DNA of 64,000 nucleotides from Promethearchaeota archaeon (GCA_016839705.1 JAEOTR010000060.1:32001-96000); one strand, 5' to 3'. Positions 37,117 through 48,172 are shown, counted from the first letter of the stretch. Made by a program: numbers and translations. The notes: a model not told the origin generated them from the letters alone.

Positions 37117-39495
37117 TTAGTATTCTGTTCGAACAATAATATCATCTTGTGCGCTTTTTGATAATTCTGTGAAATATACTGAATATCCAGCGATTCTAAC
37201 TACTAATCCTCTAAAATTATCAGGATTTTTTTGAGCTTCGTATAAAGTTTCTTTTCCCACAATATTAAATTGGACTTGATAACCACCTTCAGGTTCAAAG
37301 TAAGTTCTAATTAATGGTATTAGAAGATCCAATTTCAATGTATTCGGATGGAAGGATAAAATTAACGAATTACCGTTTGTCATCAATTCATTTTTTAACT
37401 TTTTAACAGAGTTAAGAATGGCTGTAGGTCCTTTTTCATCCATGGCACTTGTAGGGCAAAGACCATTCGAAAGTGGATCCGATTTTCTCCTACCATCTGC
37501 AGAAGCACCTGTAAAAACACCAAATGCTAAATGAAAAGTTGTGGAATAAATCCCAGGATTAAACTTCCCCCCGCGATAATTGGAATGCTTAGAAATTTCT
37601 TCACAATATAATTTTGCGATATCAACGGCAATTTCGTCGACATAATCGTTGTCATTCCCAAATTTAGGTATTTTATTTATAAAAAACTCCCGCCATTCTG
37701 TGCCTTTTTTTCCTTGATAAATACCCCTATAATTTTTAGTAAGCATTTGAACTATTTCTCCAAACGAGAGGATTTTTTCTTCAAAAACAACTTTTTTAAT
37801 TACCGCAAGACTATCTGAGACGGTGGCTAAACCAACCAGCTGAGGACCAGTAAAATTATAGATAGCACCGCCATTAGTTATATCTAATCCTCGGTCTATA
37901 CAATCATCTATAGTTGCTGATAAAAATGGTTGAGGTGTAAGTTCAGCTATTGATTTATCAAGAAAAAACATAGTCTTTACCATATAATCAATGAAAAATT
38001 TTACCTGATCCTTAAAAACTTTCCAGAGATCTTCATATGACTTGATTTTCTTTTCACTTTTAATTCCATATTCTTTTCGAGATACCATATCAATCCCGTT
38101 ATTTAATGTCAACTCTAAGCATTTCACAATATTGAATTGATTTGCATTTGTTGATCCGAATGATTTATATGGGTGCTGAGGTTCAACACATCCTATTGGC
38201 GCATATTCTCTAGCATCCTCCCGACTAAAACCCTGATTGATAAGACCAGGTATCATTACCTGATCATTAAGTAAAGCAATGCTAGTACCACTTTTTATTG
38301 ATTCCCCAACTTTAATAAGAAAATCTTCTGAAGTGTCTTTATGTATTCTAACGCAAAAAGTAGGTTGTACAGATTTTATATGGGTATAAGCATCTAAAAT
38401 TACCAGAGATAATTCATTTAAAGCATCCTTTCCTTCACGATCTAATCCTCCAATTACTACATTTTCAGCAATAGGTGGACCCTCAACGGCTACAACTCCT
38501 TTTGAAATAACATAATTCCATAAGGTCGAGAGCTTAATAAAAAAACATTCTATTAGAAATTGTGCTTTATCTCTTGTAACCTTTCCTTCTTTTAAATCTG
38601 CCAAATAATATGGATATAAATATTGATCTAATCGTCCTATTGAAATAGCAAAACCACCATCTTCTAAACCACATATTAAATGAGTAAAATATATTAATTG
38701 TAAGGCTTCTTCATAATTTTCTGGAGGTTTTCCAGAGATGTTATTACAAGCCTTAGAGATATCATAAAGTTCTTTTCTACGGACGGGGTTTCCTTCTTTT
38801 TCTGCCATATTTTTTGCCAAACTTGAGAACCTCTGTATGAATTTTCTAGCAGCTTTCAATAGAATGATTACTGATTCTAAAAATGTCTTTTTATTTCTAT
38901 CTTTAAAATATCTCCCCAAACTTCTTTCTGTTTTTTGAATCAATCCATTGATTCCAATCTTTAATAAATTTTCATGACCTGGAAAAAAATGACCAATTCC
39001 ACTAGAGAGTTCAACATCTACAGCAAATACAAGCTTTTCCATAATATTTTTAATATCTTGGTTTAAATAAGATTGAAATCGCTCTTGTACTGTGATTTCC
39101 TCGTTTTTCCAATAAGGTATTAGTTTTTCTCTTATATAGTGCTTTTCTGGATCTGCTAAAAAAAGCTTTTGAACAGGACGAGTATCATAACTATCAATAT
39201 CTTGTTCTATTGTATCTATTCGCGCTTCAGGAAATAAAGGTGTTCCCACGTATTTTGTACATCTGTTTCCAATAATAAATTCATCTTGCCATATTTTAAG
39301 TGTCATATTTGTTAAATAAAAATCCATGGCTTTTGCAAATCTAATGATTGGGTCTTCGCCTTTCGTTTTTTTGTAAGATTCTGTAAACAACTTAGCCCTT
39401 TCTATACAAATACCATGTGGTGAGGTTATTAGCTCATCCTTCATTCTCCGTGTCCGTTCTTTATAATTGGAAATCGAATTTTGTGTTAATTGCAT
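37117..39495 (-). CDS. glycyl radical enzyme (PFL-like, single-Cys type)
   Basis: GRLDQYLYP, IGCVEP, PKFGND, VVRIAGYS glycyl radical motif. Confidence 0.93.
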   Translation of the reverse strand: MQLTQNSISNYKERTRRMKDELITSPHGICIERAKLFTESYKKTKGEDPIIRFAKAMDFYLTNMTLKIWQDEFIIGNRCTKYVGTPLFPEARIDTIEQDIDSYDTRPVQKLFLADPEKHYIREKLIPYWKNEEITVQERFQSYLNQDIKNIMEKLVFAVDVELSSGIGHFFPGHENLLKIGINGLIQKTERSLGRYFKDRNKKTFLESVIILLKAARKFIQRFSSLAKNMAEKEGNPVRRKELYDISKACNNISGKPPENYEEALQLIYFTHLICGLEDGGFAISIGRLDQYLYPYYLADLKEGKVTRDKAQFLIECFFIKLSTLWNYVISKGVVAVEGPPIAENVVIGGLDREGKDALNELSLVILDAYTHIKSVQPTFCVRIHKDTSEDFLIKVGESIKSGTSIALLNDQVMIPGLINQGFSREDAREYAPIGCVEPQHPYKSFGSTNANQFNIVKCLELTLNNGIDMVSRKEYGIKSEKKIKSYEDLWKVFKDQVKFFIDYMVKTMFFLDKSIAELTPQPFLSATIDDCIDRGLDITNGGAIYNFTGPQLVGLATVSDSLAVIKKVVFEEKILSFGEIVQMLTKNYRGIYQGKKGTEWREFFINKIPKFGNDNDYVDEIAVDIAKLYCEEISKHSNYRGGKFNPGIYSTTFHLAFGVFTGASADGRRKSDPLSNGLCPTSAMDEKGPTAILNSVKKLKNELMTNGNSLILSFHPNTLKLDLLIPLIRTYFEPEGGYQVQFNIVGKETLYEAQKNPDNFRGLVVRIAGYSVYFTELSKSAQDDIIVRTEY

Positions 39496-39599
39496 TTATA
39501 TCCCTAAATATTATTTATAATTTAGATTAATTAAAAGTATAAAATATCAGTTTAATATAGGTTTTCATTTTATTAAAGAAATTCTGGCACTTATAAGAT

Positions 39600-40436
39600 T
39601 TAGATATATTTCATTAAATGATTTTGGTCTTCAGGAGAAAATAATAGTTCGGATTTTCTTATATCTTTAAACCTTTTAATTGCTACGTCTAAATATTCTT
39701 TATTTGAATCTATTCCAATAAATTCACGTTTCAAAATACTACACACTATTCCTGTCGTGCCAGATCCTGTAAAAGGATCTAATATTAAATCTCCTTCATT
39801 TGATGAAGCAGAAATTATTCTGTTTAAAAGCTCTAAAGGTTTTTGAGTTGGGTGTTTACCAAATTTTTTTTCATTATTTGGGATTAATGGGATAGACCAT
39901 ACACTTCTCATTTGTTTGTCTGTATTTTTTAATTTATCCTTAGGATTATTCCATTTTTTCATTTTTTCATAATTATATATATGTTGAGAAATTTTCGATT
40001 TTCTTGCCCATAAAACAACCTCATGACTATGTGTGAAATATTTACATGATAGATTAGGTGGGGCATTAGGTTTAAACCAAATTATATCATTAATTATGTG
40101 GAAGTCATTTTTTTCCAATAAATATCCTACCTTATATATGTTATGCAGTGTACCAGAAACCCAAATACTCCCATCCTCCTTTAAGACTCTTTTACAACCT
40201 TTTAGCCAAGAATCTATAAAGGATATATCTTCATTAAAACCCTTCGATTTATCCCAATCACCCTTGTTAACAGAAACCATTTTTCCAGATTTGCAAGTAA
40301 CTCCATCATTGCTTAAAAAATAGGGAGGATCTGCGAAGATTAAATCAAATTTGTTGTTTTCCATTTGATTTAGGATATTTAAAGCATCTCCGTGATATAA
40401 AATAAAATTTTCTTCTTGAAAATAAGGTTTTATCAT
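39600..40436 (-). CDS. beta-class N6-adenine/N4-cytosine DNA methyltransferase (resembles GATC-type DpnA/M.MboIB)
   Basis: FADPPYFLSN.G..C..GKMVSVNKG.WD, HPTQKP, DPFTGSGTT; no cognate restriction gene adjacent. Confidence 0.9.
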   Translation of the reverse strand: MIKPYFQEENFILYHGDALNILNQMENNKFDLIFADPPYFLSNDGVTCKSGKMVSVNKGDWDKSKGFNEDISFIDSWLKGCKRVLKEDGSIWVSGTLHNIYKVGYLLEKNDFHIINDIIWFKPNAPPNLSCKYFTHSHEVVLWARKSKISQHIYNYEKMKKWNNPKDKLKNTDKQMRSVWSIPLIPNNEKKFGKHPTQKPLELLNRIISASSNEGDLILDPFTGSGTTGIVCSILKREFIGIDSNKEYLDVAIKRFKDIRKSELLFSPEDQNHLMKYI

Positions 40437-40591
40437 ATTTTAAAAGAAATATGTGAATTATATACAATTTGATAGAACAGATTAAGAAATTATAATACCT
40501 TTTAATTATTAACTTTAAAGTTTAATATTATCTAGTAATTAATATATACGAAGAGTCTCAAAATTTTAACTTTAACAAAAGAGAATTAAGA

Positions 40592-41533
40592 ATGATAAAT
40601 AAACAACAGTTTGAGGAGTTATTTAATCAACACCTTATTAAAGAAATTTCGGAAGAACATATTGAAATCGTTCTTTCAGGGCAATATGGTAAAGCACTTG
40701 AATTATTAAGGGATGCCGAAGCAACTGGTTTATTTCCCGCATTAGTGGGGCCACCTGGGGTCGGAAAAACTATTTTATGTCGATATTTCGCTAGTCTTAG
40801 AGCTAAAGAAAATAAAAATAAGAGTTTCAATTGGATGACGATGGACGAAAGTATTAAACCATCACATTTTCTTGGATCATTTGATCCAGCAATCACCTTG
40901 AAAAAAGGTTTTGTGTTAGAAGCATTTAATCCGGGACCTTTATTGAACGCTATGTTAGAGGGTGGAACATTCCTAGCAAACGAAATTAACAGGGCAACAG
41001 AATACTCTCAAAATACGTTATTAGAACCTTTGGAAGAAGCTTCAATTGGAATAGCTCATTTGGGAAGGATAAAAGCTGATAAGGATTTCTTTTTTATATG
41101 CGCAATGAATCCTGAAGAACTCTCGGGGACTCATAGATTATCTGAAGCATTAAAAGATAGGATAAAAGTGTGGATAAAATTAACATACCCTGATAAATCA
41201 ACTGAGTTAGACATTATAAGGATTAATTTACCCGAACATTTTCTTATAGAAGAATCAGAATTAGAATTAATATATTCAATCATTAAAGAAACTAGACAGA
41301 ATAAAGTTGATATTGAAATCCCTGCCTCTATAAGGGCTGGAATTGCTATAGCAAAATTAATGGGGAGGAGAAGGCTTATTGAAAAGGAGAAAAAAATGCA
41401 AGAAAAAGAATCTGCGTATGTACTTCTCTCTGAGATCTCTAGAAATGTTTTACTAGGAAGCATTAAACCAAAACCCGGGGTAAAAGTAGATAATGTTATA
41501 GAAAGTATTATCCATAAAACTTTAGGGGGATAA
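40592..41533 (+). CDS. MoxR-family AAA+ ATPase
   Basis: GPPGVGKT, GPLL.AM, FLANEINRA, AMNP, LSEALKDR. Confidence 0.9.
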   Translation: MINKQQFEELFNQHLIKEISEEHIEIVLSGQYGKALELLRDAEATGLFPALVGPPGVGKTILCRYFASLRAKENKNKSFNWMTMDESIKPSHFLGSFDPAITLKKGFVLEAFNPGPLLNAMLEGGTFLANEINRATEYSQNTLLEPLEEASIGIAHLGRIKADKDFFFICAMNPEELSGTHRLSEALKDRIKVWIKLTYPDKSTELDIIRINLPEHFLIEESELELIYSIIKETRQNKVDIEIPASIRAGIAIAKLMGRRRLIEKEKKMQEKESAYVLLSEISRNVLLGSIKPKPGVKVDNVIESIIHKTLGG

Positions 41534-41537
41534 TCAC

Positions 41538-44027
41538 TTGGGGGTTTTTCCTGAAAATCCATGTGAGTTTGCCGTTGAGTTTATAAGAAGGATGAGAAAC
41601 CATCCAGATACGGTTCAAATTCCATCTTCAAGACAAGTTTTATCAATTCCAAAATTAATCGTCTCAAGATATTACCGTAAGGGTTCTGTAACTCCAAATG
41701 ATTTTATTGAAATTAGTACAGTTACGTCGTTTCCAGATAATCAAAATTTAGCAAAGGATATCGCATTTGAAGTTTTATTTCCGAATTATAAGAAAAATAT
41801 TATGAATTCTTTTTTTAATGATGGGGAAATAACTGAACTCGAAACCAAAAGTATCAGTACTGAAATAAAATCTGAATTAGACCAATTACAGGAATTAATT
41901 GATGAAATTGAAATGTCTCAATCAATAGATACAAATTTTATCCAACAAATGGAACAGTTTATGGAGACTCTGAACAAAAAAAGGGACGAAGATCTTATTA
42001 AAGCCGCAATGAACTTTTTTAATGATGATTCTGAATTATATAAGGAAGAGATAAATTCTTTTGATAAGTTACTTGAGGAAGCGAAAAAAAGGTTAATTCA
42101 AAGAATTAATTCGTTAGATCCTGATGATTTGAAAGCAAGTCATTCATTAGGATTAGATGATTTAATTCAAGAAAAATCAAAACGAACCTGGGAAAAATTA
42201 GCAACTAAAGCTCTTAATGATAAAGATATAACGCAAGATTTAGCGGATTTAATTAAATCTGGGAAAATTGAAGATTTAATACAATCTATCAAATATCTAG
42301 GTAAAACTAAAGCAGTTTCTAATGACATTCTACAAAATCTTAAGAATAACTTGCAAAATCATATTGATAATTTAGATCAATTGTTTAATGCCGCTAAAAC
42401 TTTAGGAGAAACTCCTAATTTTAATTTAGATGATATCTTAAATAATTCTCTACAATCTACCTCATTTGAACATAACTTTAATTTAGCAAATTCACTAGAT
42501 CAATTCTATGGAACTAACTTAAGAACCTCATTACTCGATAAGTTTAATCAACAAAATCCTAATTCTAAAATGAATCTTTCACTTGAATCATTAACTAAAA
42601 CAGCTTTTGCAAATAAATCGTGGAATAGTCTTTTCAATCAGGCACTCCAAAATGCTATAAAAGAAGCAATGCGTCAAAACAAAAAGTTTGAGGCTTTCAA
42701 ATCTCTTTCTCACCAACTACAGCAATTAGCAAATAGCTGTCAAAATTTACACTGTAGTCAAAAAATGGCTCAAAACCTTCCAAACCTTACATCTCTAACT
42801 TTAGAATCAAGTGAATCAGCGAATCAATTAAAAAACGTGACTGAATTCTTAAGAAAGATAGGTTTAAATCCCCAATCCGATGATATCAAAAGGATTGGTG
42901 AGAAACTTAATATGCCAGAGGAAGAAATTTATGAATTAATTGAACCAAATTATCAATTATTAAAAAAATTAGTTGAGAAAAAGACAGCAGATTTTCAGCG
43001 ATTAAGTAATTTGTTGAATCAAGTCAAGGATCAGTTAAACCCCGAAAGAGTTAATGAATTAATCGCTAGCGCATTAGCTTCTGATAACAGAGATGCTTTA
43101 GGTGCTTTAGGAAACTTCAATTTAAGTGAAGCCTTAAAAGGAGCCCAACAAGTTGGGGGTAAAGAGGCTCAGGATAAGATGATTTCCTGCTTATCAGCAG
43201 GAAGTGGGGAAAATTTACTTAAACAATGGTTTATGCATCGAGAGAAATTACCACAGAATGCAAAGCAAAAAGTAAAAGAATTAGCAAAGAAAGTATTAAT
43301 TGATCTCGGTATATACTATTCGCGTGCTCGTTTAGGTAGCTCTACAACTGGACCAATCCCGATAAATGTAGTAAGGCCTTATTCAATAGGGGATGATTTT
43401 GAAAATATAGACCTTGAAGAAACTATTTATAATATATTAGAAAAAGGGAAAAAACTAGATCATATAAAATATGATGATTTTTTCGTTTTTGAGACAGCTA
43501 AAGGTCTCAGAACAGCATGTTTTGAACTAGACATCTCAGGAAGTATGACTGGTGAAAAACTTGCCTATATGAGTATCTGTGTGACTATGCTTTGTTATGG
43601 AATGCGTAAGGATGAACTTGGAATCTCTTTCTTTGAATCTAATACGCATGTACTTAAAGATTTAAATCAAAAAATCGATTTAGAAAAATTAGCAGACGAT
43701 CTACTTTCTGTTTCTGCTCGAGGAGGTACAAAAATGCAAAGTGCTCTAGAATGGGCGAATAAGCAATTTAAAGAACATTCCTATTCACGTGAAAAATTAA
43801 ATGTACTGTTTACTGACGCAGAAATTTATGATCTTAAAGAAGCTCTGCAAGAATTTAGAATAATGCGTTCTCTAGGAGTAGACTTTATCTTAGTTTGCCC
43901 TGAAACCTCCTATAACCTAAAAGAAGCTAAAAAAATGGTTAAAGTTGCAGGAGGACAATTACTCACAATAAACAATTGGGATGAATTTCCAAAACTAATC
44001 TCTGAAATAATTAAATCAAGATTTTAA
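41538..44027 (+). CDS. VWA domain protein, MoxR partner
   Basis: RPY..GDD..IDLEET, MIDAS DISGSM, GGT, FTDAE. Confidence 0.88.
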   Translation: MGVFPENPCEFAVEFIRRMRNHPDTVQIPSSRQVLSIPKLIVSRYYRKGSVTPNDFIEISTVTSFPDNQNLAKDIAFEVLFPNYKKNIMNSFFNDGEITELETKSISTEIKSELDQLQELIDEIEMSQSIDTNFIQQMEQFMETLNKKRDEDLIKAAMNFFNDDSELYKEEINSFDKLLEEAKKRLIQRINSLDPDDLKASHSLGLDDLIQEKSKRTWEKLATKALNDKDITQDLADLIKSGKIEDLIQSIKYLGKTKAVSNDILQNLKNNLQNHIDNLDQLFNAAKTLGETPNFNLDDILNNSLQSTSFEHNFNLANSLDQFYGTNLRTSLLDKFNQQNPNSKMNLSLESLTKTAFANKSWNSLFNQALQNAIKEAMRQNKKFEAFKSLSHQLQQLANSCQNLHCSQKMAQNLPNLTSLTLESSESANQLKNVTEFLRKIGLNPQSDDIKRIGEKLNMPEEEIYELIEPNYQLLKKLVEKKTADFQRLSNLLNQVKDQLNPERVNELIASALASDNRDALGALGNFNLSEALKGAQQVGGKEAQDKMISCLSAGSGENLLKQWFMHREKLPQNAKQKVKELAKKVLIDLGIYYSRARLGSSTTGPIPINVVRPYSIGDDFENIDLEETIYNILEKGKKLDHIKYDDFFVFETAKGLRTACFELDISGSMTGEKLAYMSICVTMLCYGMRKDELGISFFESNTHVLKDLNQKIDLEKLADDLLSVSARGGTKMQSALEWANKQFKEHSYSREKLNVLFTDAEIYDLKEALQEFRIMRSLGVDFILVCPETSYNLKEAKKMVKVAGGQLLTINNWDEFPKLISEIIKSRF

Positions 44028-44035
44028 AGAAAAAA

Positions 44036-46384
44036 ATGACTGAAAAACCTATTTCAAGTTTAATAATTGAAAAGTTTGGTCTAGAATTTTATCAAAAATC
44101 TCTTAAATTCCCTAGTAATAAAATAAATATTTTTTTCATACGAGATGAACCATTAAAGATTAGAAGTGTCATTTTGGATAATGATCGTGAATATCATCTT
44201 ATCATCGATGAGAAAAACAATGAAATTTATCACGATTGCCCATTGTTTTTAATCCACTCAGAAAGAGATAAAAAGATTTGTGTGCATTTCATCAAATTGC
44301 TAATGAGTGTTAAAGTAAAATATTCAAACAAAATTTTATTAAAGTTAGATAAATATAGGCTATCTTCTGACGACTTAGGCTCTAAAAGAAAAGGAAAAAA
44401 CTTTCAAATATTGGCTAATAATTGCTACGATGCTAACAATTGTGTTGAGGCACTTAATTATTTGAATAAGGCAATAGTAAACCAATATAGCAATAAAGTT
44501 CTAATAAAACAGTTTCTAAATTTAGCAATTATTAATAATCTATTCATTGAGTTTTTTGAATTCTTGGAATACGGTTATGAGGATGGATTAAATGACTATT
44601 TCCTTCAGTATAATGATTATATTGAAGAAGGATTTAAAAAATTCCTCAATGTTATTCAAAAATATTCATTTTATAATTTACTAAAAATTGTTGAATCAAT
44701 AGATAGCATTATAGAATTTAATGGTGTTTCATTAGTAGCCTCTCTCATTAACAAATTAAAGAAACTCATAAATAGTGAACATTTTAATGACAATTATTTC
44801 TCTATATATATTATAATGAAATATAAAAGGGATTTGGTTGAATATAATTCTGAGTTTAAGGATATAATTACTCAAGATAGACTAAATAGACTTAAAGATA
44901 AATTGATTGATTATTTTAAATCTGAAATTGATAATTTTTGTTTAATCGACAAACTAAAACTATTAAAAAAACATTTTAGTATAATAGGAATTCCCAAAGT
45001 AATATTTAATCGTAACTATAAAAACTACAAGCAAGAAATAAAACAACTGGAGAAAAAATTATATTTAAAAAAATTTGCATTTATGAAATTATTGATAGAA
45101 AAGTACAACATAAACATTATTAAAGGTGATTTCAAAAAAAAAAGAAACGCCTATATTGTAAAACATGATGAAGAAAATTTAACGAATCCTGTTTATCACT
45201 ACATAATCACACGCATTGGGTTCTTTGGGTTAAATGATCAAACAATTAAGTCTTCAGAAATTGGATTTAACTATTTTTTTATAAAAGAATTATTCTTAGA
45301 TGATTTAAGGGCTTTTCAGGATGTTAATTACTATAAAACACAATTCTGGGGTGAAAATGATTATAGTATTAATTCAGTTGACGGATTTTCTTTATTAAGT
45401 AAAAATGTGGAATACAGTTATGAGGGTGAACAAAAATATTCTGATGATGTGAACATTATTGAATGGGATTTAGCCAGTAAACCAATCCAAGGAAGTATTG
45501 TTAGTGCTTATGGTTCTCAGATAATAATCCCTGATCAGAATAATTCCTTATTTCATGATTTAAAACCTTTTGATCTTTGTTATTGTAAAAAAACTCCAGT
45601 TAAAATTGAGAGTAACTTAATTAAAACTGTTAACGTGATTGCAAAATGCTCATTTAAGGATGTGATAAAAAGTGTTTCTTTAGGAATGACTTTTATTGAG
45701 GGATATTTTCCACTTTCTCTTGTCAAAGCAGTATTAGATAAAGAAATAAATCCATTTCAAGCAAACCAATTAGTAGTCGAAAACCCTAACAAAACATTTA
45801 TCCCAAATTATACTCAATTCGTTCAATCGTTTAGAGAGTTTCTATTTAGTTTTGTTTTTAAAGAAAAGAAATTTGTTTATGAAGAATTAAAATCTGATTT
45901 TGCTTCAAAAATAGATCAATTACTTCTATTATTAGATTTAACAAATGAATTAAACGGCTTGAATTTACCTTTTATCGAAATCATAAATGACCTACTATCT
46001 CTAGATCTCAATTTAAATGATATGAGATCTAAAATTTTAAGTGAAACTCATAGATATATAAAAAATATTTTAGATAAGCGAATTCGCGGAAGTACTGAGC
46101 TATTTGAACTGAAAAAGTTAAAGAATTCCCCGTTCATAAAATATACGAATGAGATTTTAAAAATAAGAAAAGAAGAATTTGAAGCAACAAACGTTTTAAA
46201 ATATTATGAAGATGGTGAACTAAAATATGATCTTACTGAAATAAGTAAAACATATTATGGTAAAAAATTCTTGGGGATTCTTCAATGTAGATATTTGACC
46301 CTGAAACCAGATGAATTCAAAAAATTCCAAAAATATTCTTTAAAATTGAACTTTCAATTGAATATTATCGAAAATCACACTTAA
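44036..46384 (+). CDS. large protein with N-terminal SWIM-like Zn finger
   Basis: YHL.ID...HDCPLF...ICVH; co-oriented with moxR/VWA. Confidence 0.7.
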   Translation: MTEKPISSLIIEKFGLEFYQKSLKFPSNKINIFFIRDEPLKIRSVILDNDREYHLIIDEKNNEIYHDCPLFLIHSERDKKICVHFIKLLMSVKVKYSNKILLKLDKYRLSSDDLGSKRKGKNFQILANNCYDANNCVEALNYLNKAIVNQYSNKVLIKQFLNLAIINNLFIEFFEFLEYGYEDGLNDYFLQYNDYIEEGFKKFLNVIQKYSFYNLLKIVESIDSIIEFNGVSLVASLINKLKKLINSEHFNDNYFSIYIIMKYKRDLVEYNSEFKDIITQDRLNRLKDKLIDYFKSEIDNFCLIDKLKLLKKHFSIIGIPKVIFNRNYKNYKQEIKQLEKKLYLKKFAFMKLLIEKYNINIIKGDFKKKRNAYIVKHDEENLTNPVYHYIITRIGFFGLNDQTIKSSEIGFNYFFIKELFLDDLRAFQDVNYYKTQFWGENDYSINSVDGFSLLSKNVEYSYEGEQKYSDDVNIIEWDLASKPIQGSIVSAYGSQIIIPDQNNSLFHDLKPFDLCYCKKTPVKIESNLIKTVNVIAKCSFKDVIKSVSLGMTFIEGYFPLSLVKAVLDKEINPFQANQLVVENPNKTFIPNYTQFVQSFREFLFSFVFKEKKFVYEELKSDFASKIDQLLLLLDLTNELNGLNLPFIEIINDLLSLDLNLNDMRSKILSETHRYIKNILDKRIRGSTELFELKKLKNSPFIKYTNEILKIRKEEFEATNVLKYYEDGELKYDLTEISKTYYGKKFLGILQCRYLTLKPDEFKKFQKYSLKLNFQLNIIENHT

Positions 46385-46386
46385 CA

Positions 46387-46713
46387 TTAATTCATTGAAT
46401 TAAATCTCAATTTTCCATAATTTACTTCATAACCTGGCATATACAAATAATTTCCTGTTCTTATATTTGTAATTGCATAAATTAAATTCTCGGGTAATCC
46501 TTCAAAATTGCTGTTTCCTTCCCATATATTAAATTCACCTCTATTATTAGATATGAGTGTATTATAGATTGTTAAATTTATTTTAGAATACTCTGTATCT
46601 CCTAATATTTTAGCTATTGAATGCAGAAGTGGGACAATATATTGAAATTTTTGATTAATTGGAGTTTTCTGATCACTTAATTTATATACTTGAGAAATCA
46701 ATCCTTTTGTCAA
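46387..46713 (-). CDS. hypothetical protein (frame extends upstream through a CPYC motif)
   Basis: 108-aa ORF; in-frame upstream codons read KCPYCFKDL. Confidence 0.5.
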   Translation of the reverse strand: MTKGLISQVYKLSDQKTPINQKFQYIVPLLHSIAKILGDTEYSKINLTIYNTLISNNRGEFNIWEGNSNFEGLPENLIYAITNIRTGNYLYMPGYEVNYGKLRFNSMN

Positions 46714-46885
46714 GTCTTTAAAGCAATAAGGACATTTATTAATGTTGAGTTTAGGACTACATTTTGAAATAAGAATTAATAAATTTTAGAAATTGAGATA
46801 TGAATATGTTTTTATTTTGCATAAATTTTATTCTAAATAGAAACTGAAAGTTAAATTTAAAAATAGTAAATATAACCCTCTAAAA

Positions 46886-48172
46886 ATGAAAAATAGTAAT
46901 CTCCAACATCCCTCTAAAGATATTATTGAAAGTAAAGGAACAATTCTTAGCGGAAAGACTATCTGTTTGTGTTTAACTGGCTCTGTGGCAGTCGTTTCTT
47001 CTCCTATTGTTGCACGAGAACTTATGAGGCTAGGTGCCGAAGTAATTTCTGTTATGTCTAAAGCTGCTACTGAATTAATTAACCCTGCTTTAATGGAATG
47101 GGCAACGGGAAATAAAGTTATCACTAAATTAACTGGGGCTGTTGAACATATATATTTAGCTGGAGATAGACCAGGAGCTAAGGGGAAAGCGGATTTAATT
47201 TTGATTTGTCCTGCTACTGCAAATACCATATCTAAAATTGCGTGTGGAATTGATGACACCCCTGTAACCACTGTAGCTACCACATCGTTTGGTTCATCCA
47301 TCCCAATTGTTATTGTACCTGCAATGCATGAAAGCATGTACAAACATCCAATATTGCAGGAAAATGAAACTAAATTAAAAGAATGTGGAATTGATATATT
47401 AGTTCCAAGAATTACAGAAGGAAAAGCAAAAATTGCTCGAATTGATGACATTATTGATAGAGTTATTGATATATTAGTCTCTAAAAAAGATTTAGATGGA
47501 AAAAAGGTATTAATTACTGCTGGACCAACTAGAGAAGCAATAGATTCAGTTCGATTTGTTTCAAATAAGTCCTCTGGAAAAATGGGAGTGGAAATTGCTA
47601 AAGAAGCAGCAGCTAGAGGAGCGGAAGTATTACTAATTGCGGGAAAATGTAATGTTAAGTTGCCGGAGTATATAGAGACTATTCACGTGGTTTCAACTGA
47701 TGATTTTATTAAAGCAGTCAAGGATGAAATCTCATATAAAAACTACGATCTTTTTATCTCTGCGGCTGCTATTAGTGACTATAAACCAATCGAATGTATT
47801 GAGGGTAAAATCTCTTCTGATAATATTGAAGAAATACATCTCAATATGAAATTAACACCCAAAATAATAAATGTCGCAAGGAAAAAAGATTATAACTTAT
47901 TTATTGTTGCATTTAAAGCAGAAACAAATGTATCTAGAACAGAATTGATTAATAGAGCATATAATAGGCTAGTTAAATCTGAAGTTGATTTGATTGTGGC
48001 AAATGATATCGGGAGGGATGATATAGGATTTGCTAGTAAACATAATGAAGTTTATATTATCGATAAAAAGAAACATATAACTCACGTGGAGAGAAATACT
48101 AAACGATATATTGCATCCAAAATTCTTGATGTTGCTTTAGAGGTATATAAAGCAAAAGAAATTAAACATTAG
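46886..48172 (+). CDS. coaBC: bifunctional phosphopantothenoylcysteine decarboxylase/ligase
   Basis: TGSVA, PATANT, PAMH, TAGPTRE.ID.VR, SSGKMG, AAISDY, FKAET, VAND. Confidence 0.96.
   Translation: MKNSNLQHPSKDIIESKGTILSGKTICLCLTGSVAVVSSPIVARELMRLGAEVISVMSKAATELINPALMEWATGNKVITKLTGAVEHIYLAGDRPGAKGKADLILICPATANTISKIACGIDDTPVTTVATTSFGSSIPIVIVPAMHESMYKHPILQENETKLKECGIDILVPRITEGKAKIARIDDIIDRVIDILVSKKDLDGKKVLITAGPTREAIDSVRFVSNKSSGKMGVEIAKEAAARGAEVLLIAGKCNVKLPEYIETIHVVSTDDFIKAVKDEISYKNYDLFISAAAISDYKPIECIEGKISSDNIEEIHLNMKLTPKIINVARKKDYNLFIVAFKAETNVSRTELINRAYNRLVKSEVDLIVANDIGRDDIGFASKHNEVYIIDKKKHITHVERNTKRYIASKILDVALEVYKAKEIKH

Noticed and set aside
36928-40436. Genomic island at tRNA-Ala (GRE plus methyltransferase)
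   Set aside because: The genes lie on the tRNA 5' side; no integrase and no duplicated tRNA end found
46828-47451. 207-aa minus-strand ORF
   Set aside because: Antisense shadow of coaBC; the same applies to the other short ORFs nested within long genes, such as 9324-9524, 14496-14831, 22247-22630, 41131-41562 and 49903-50358
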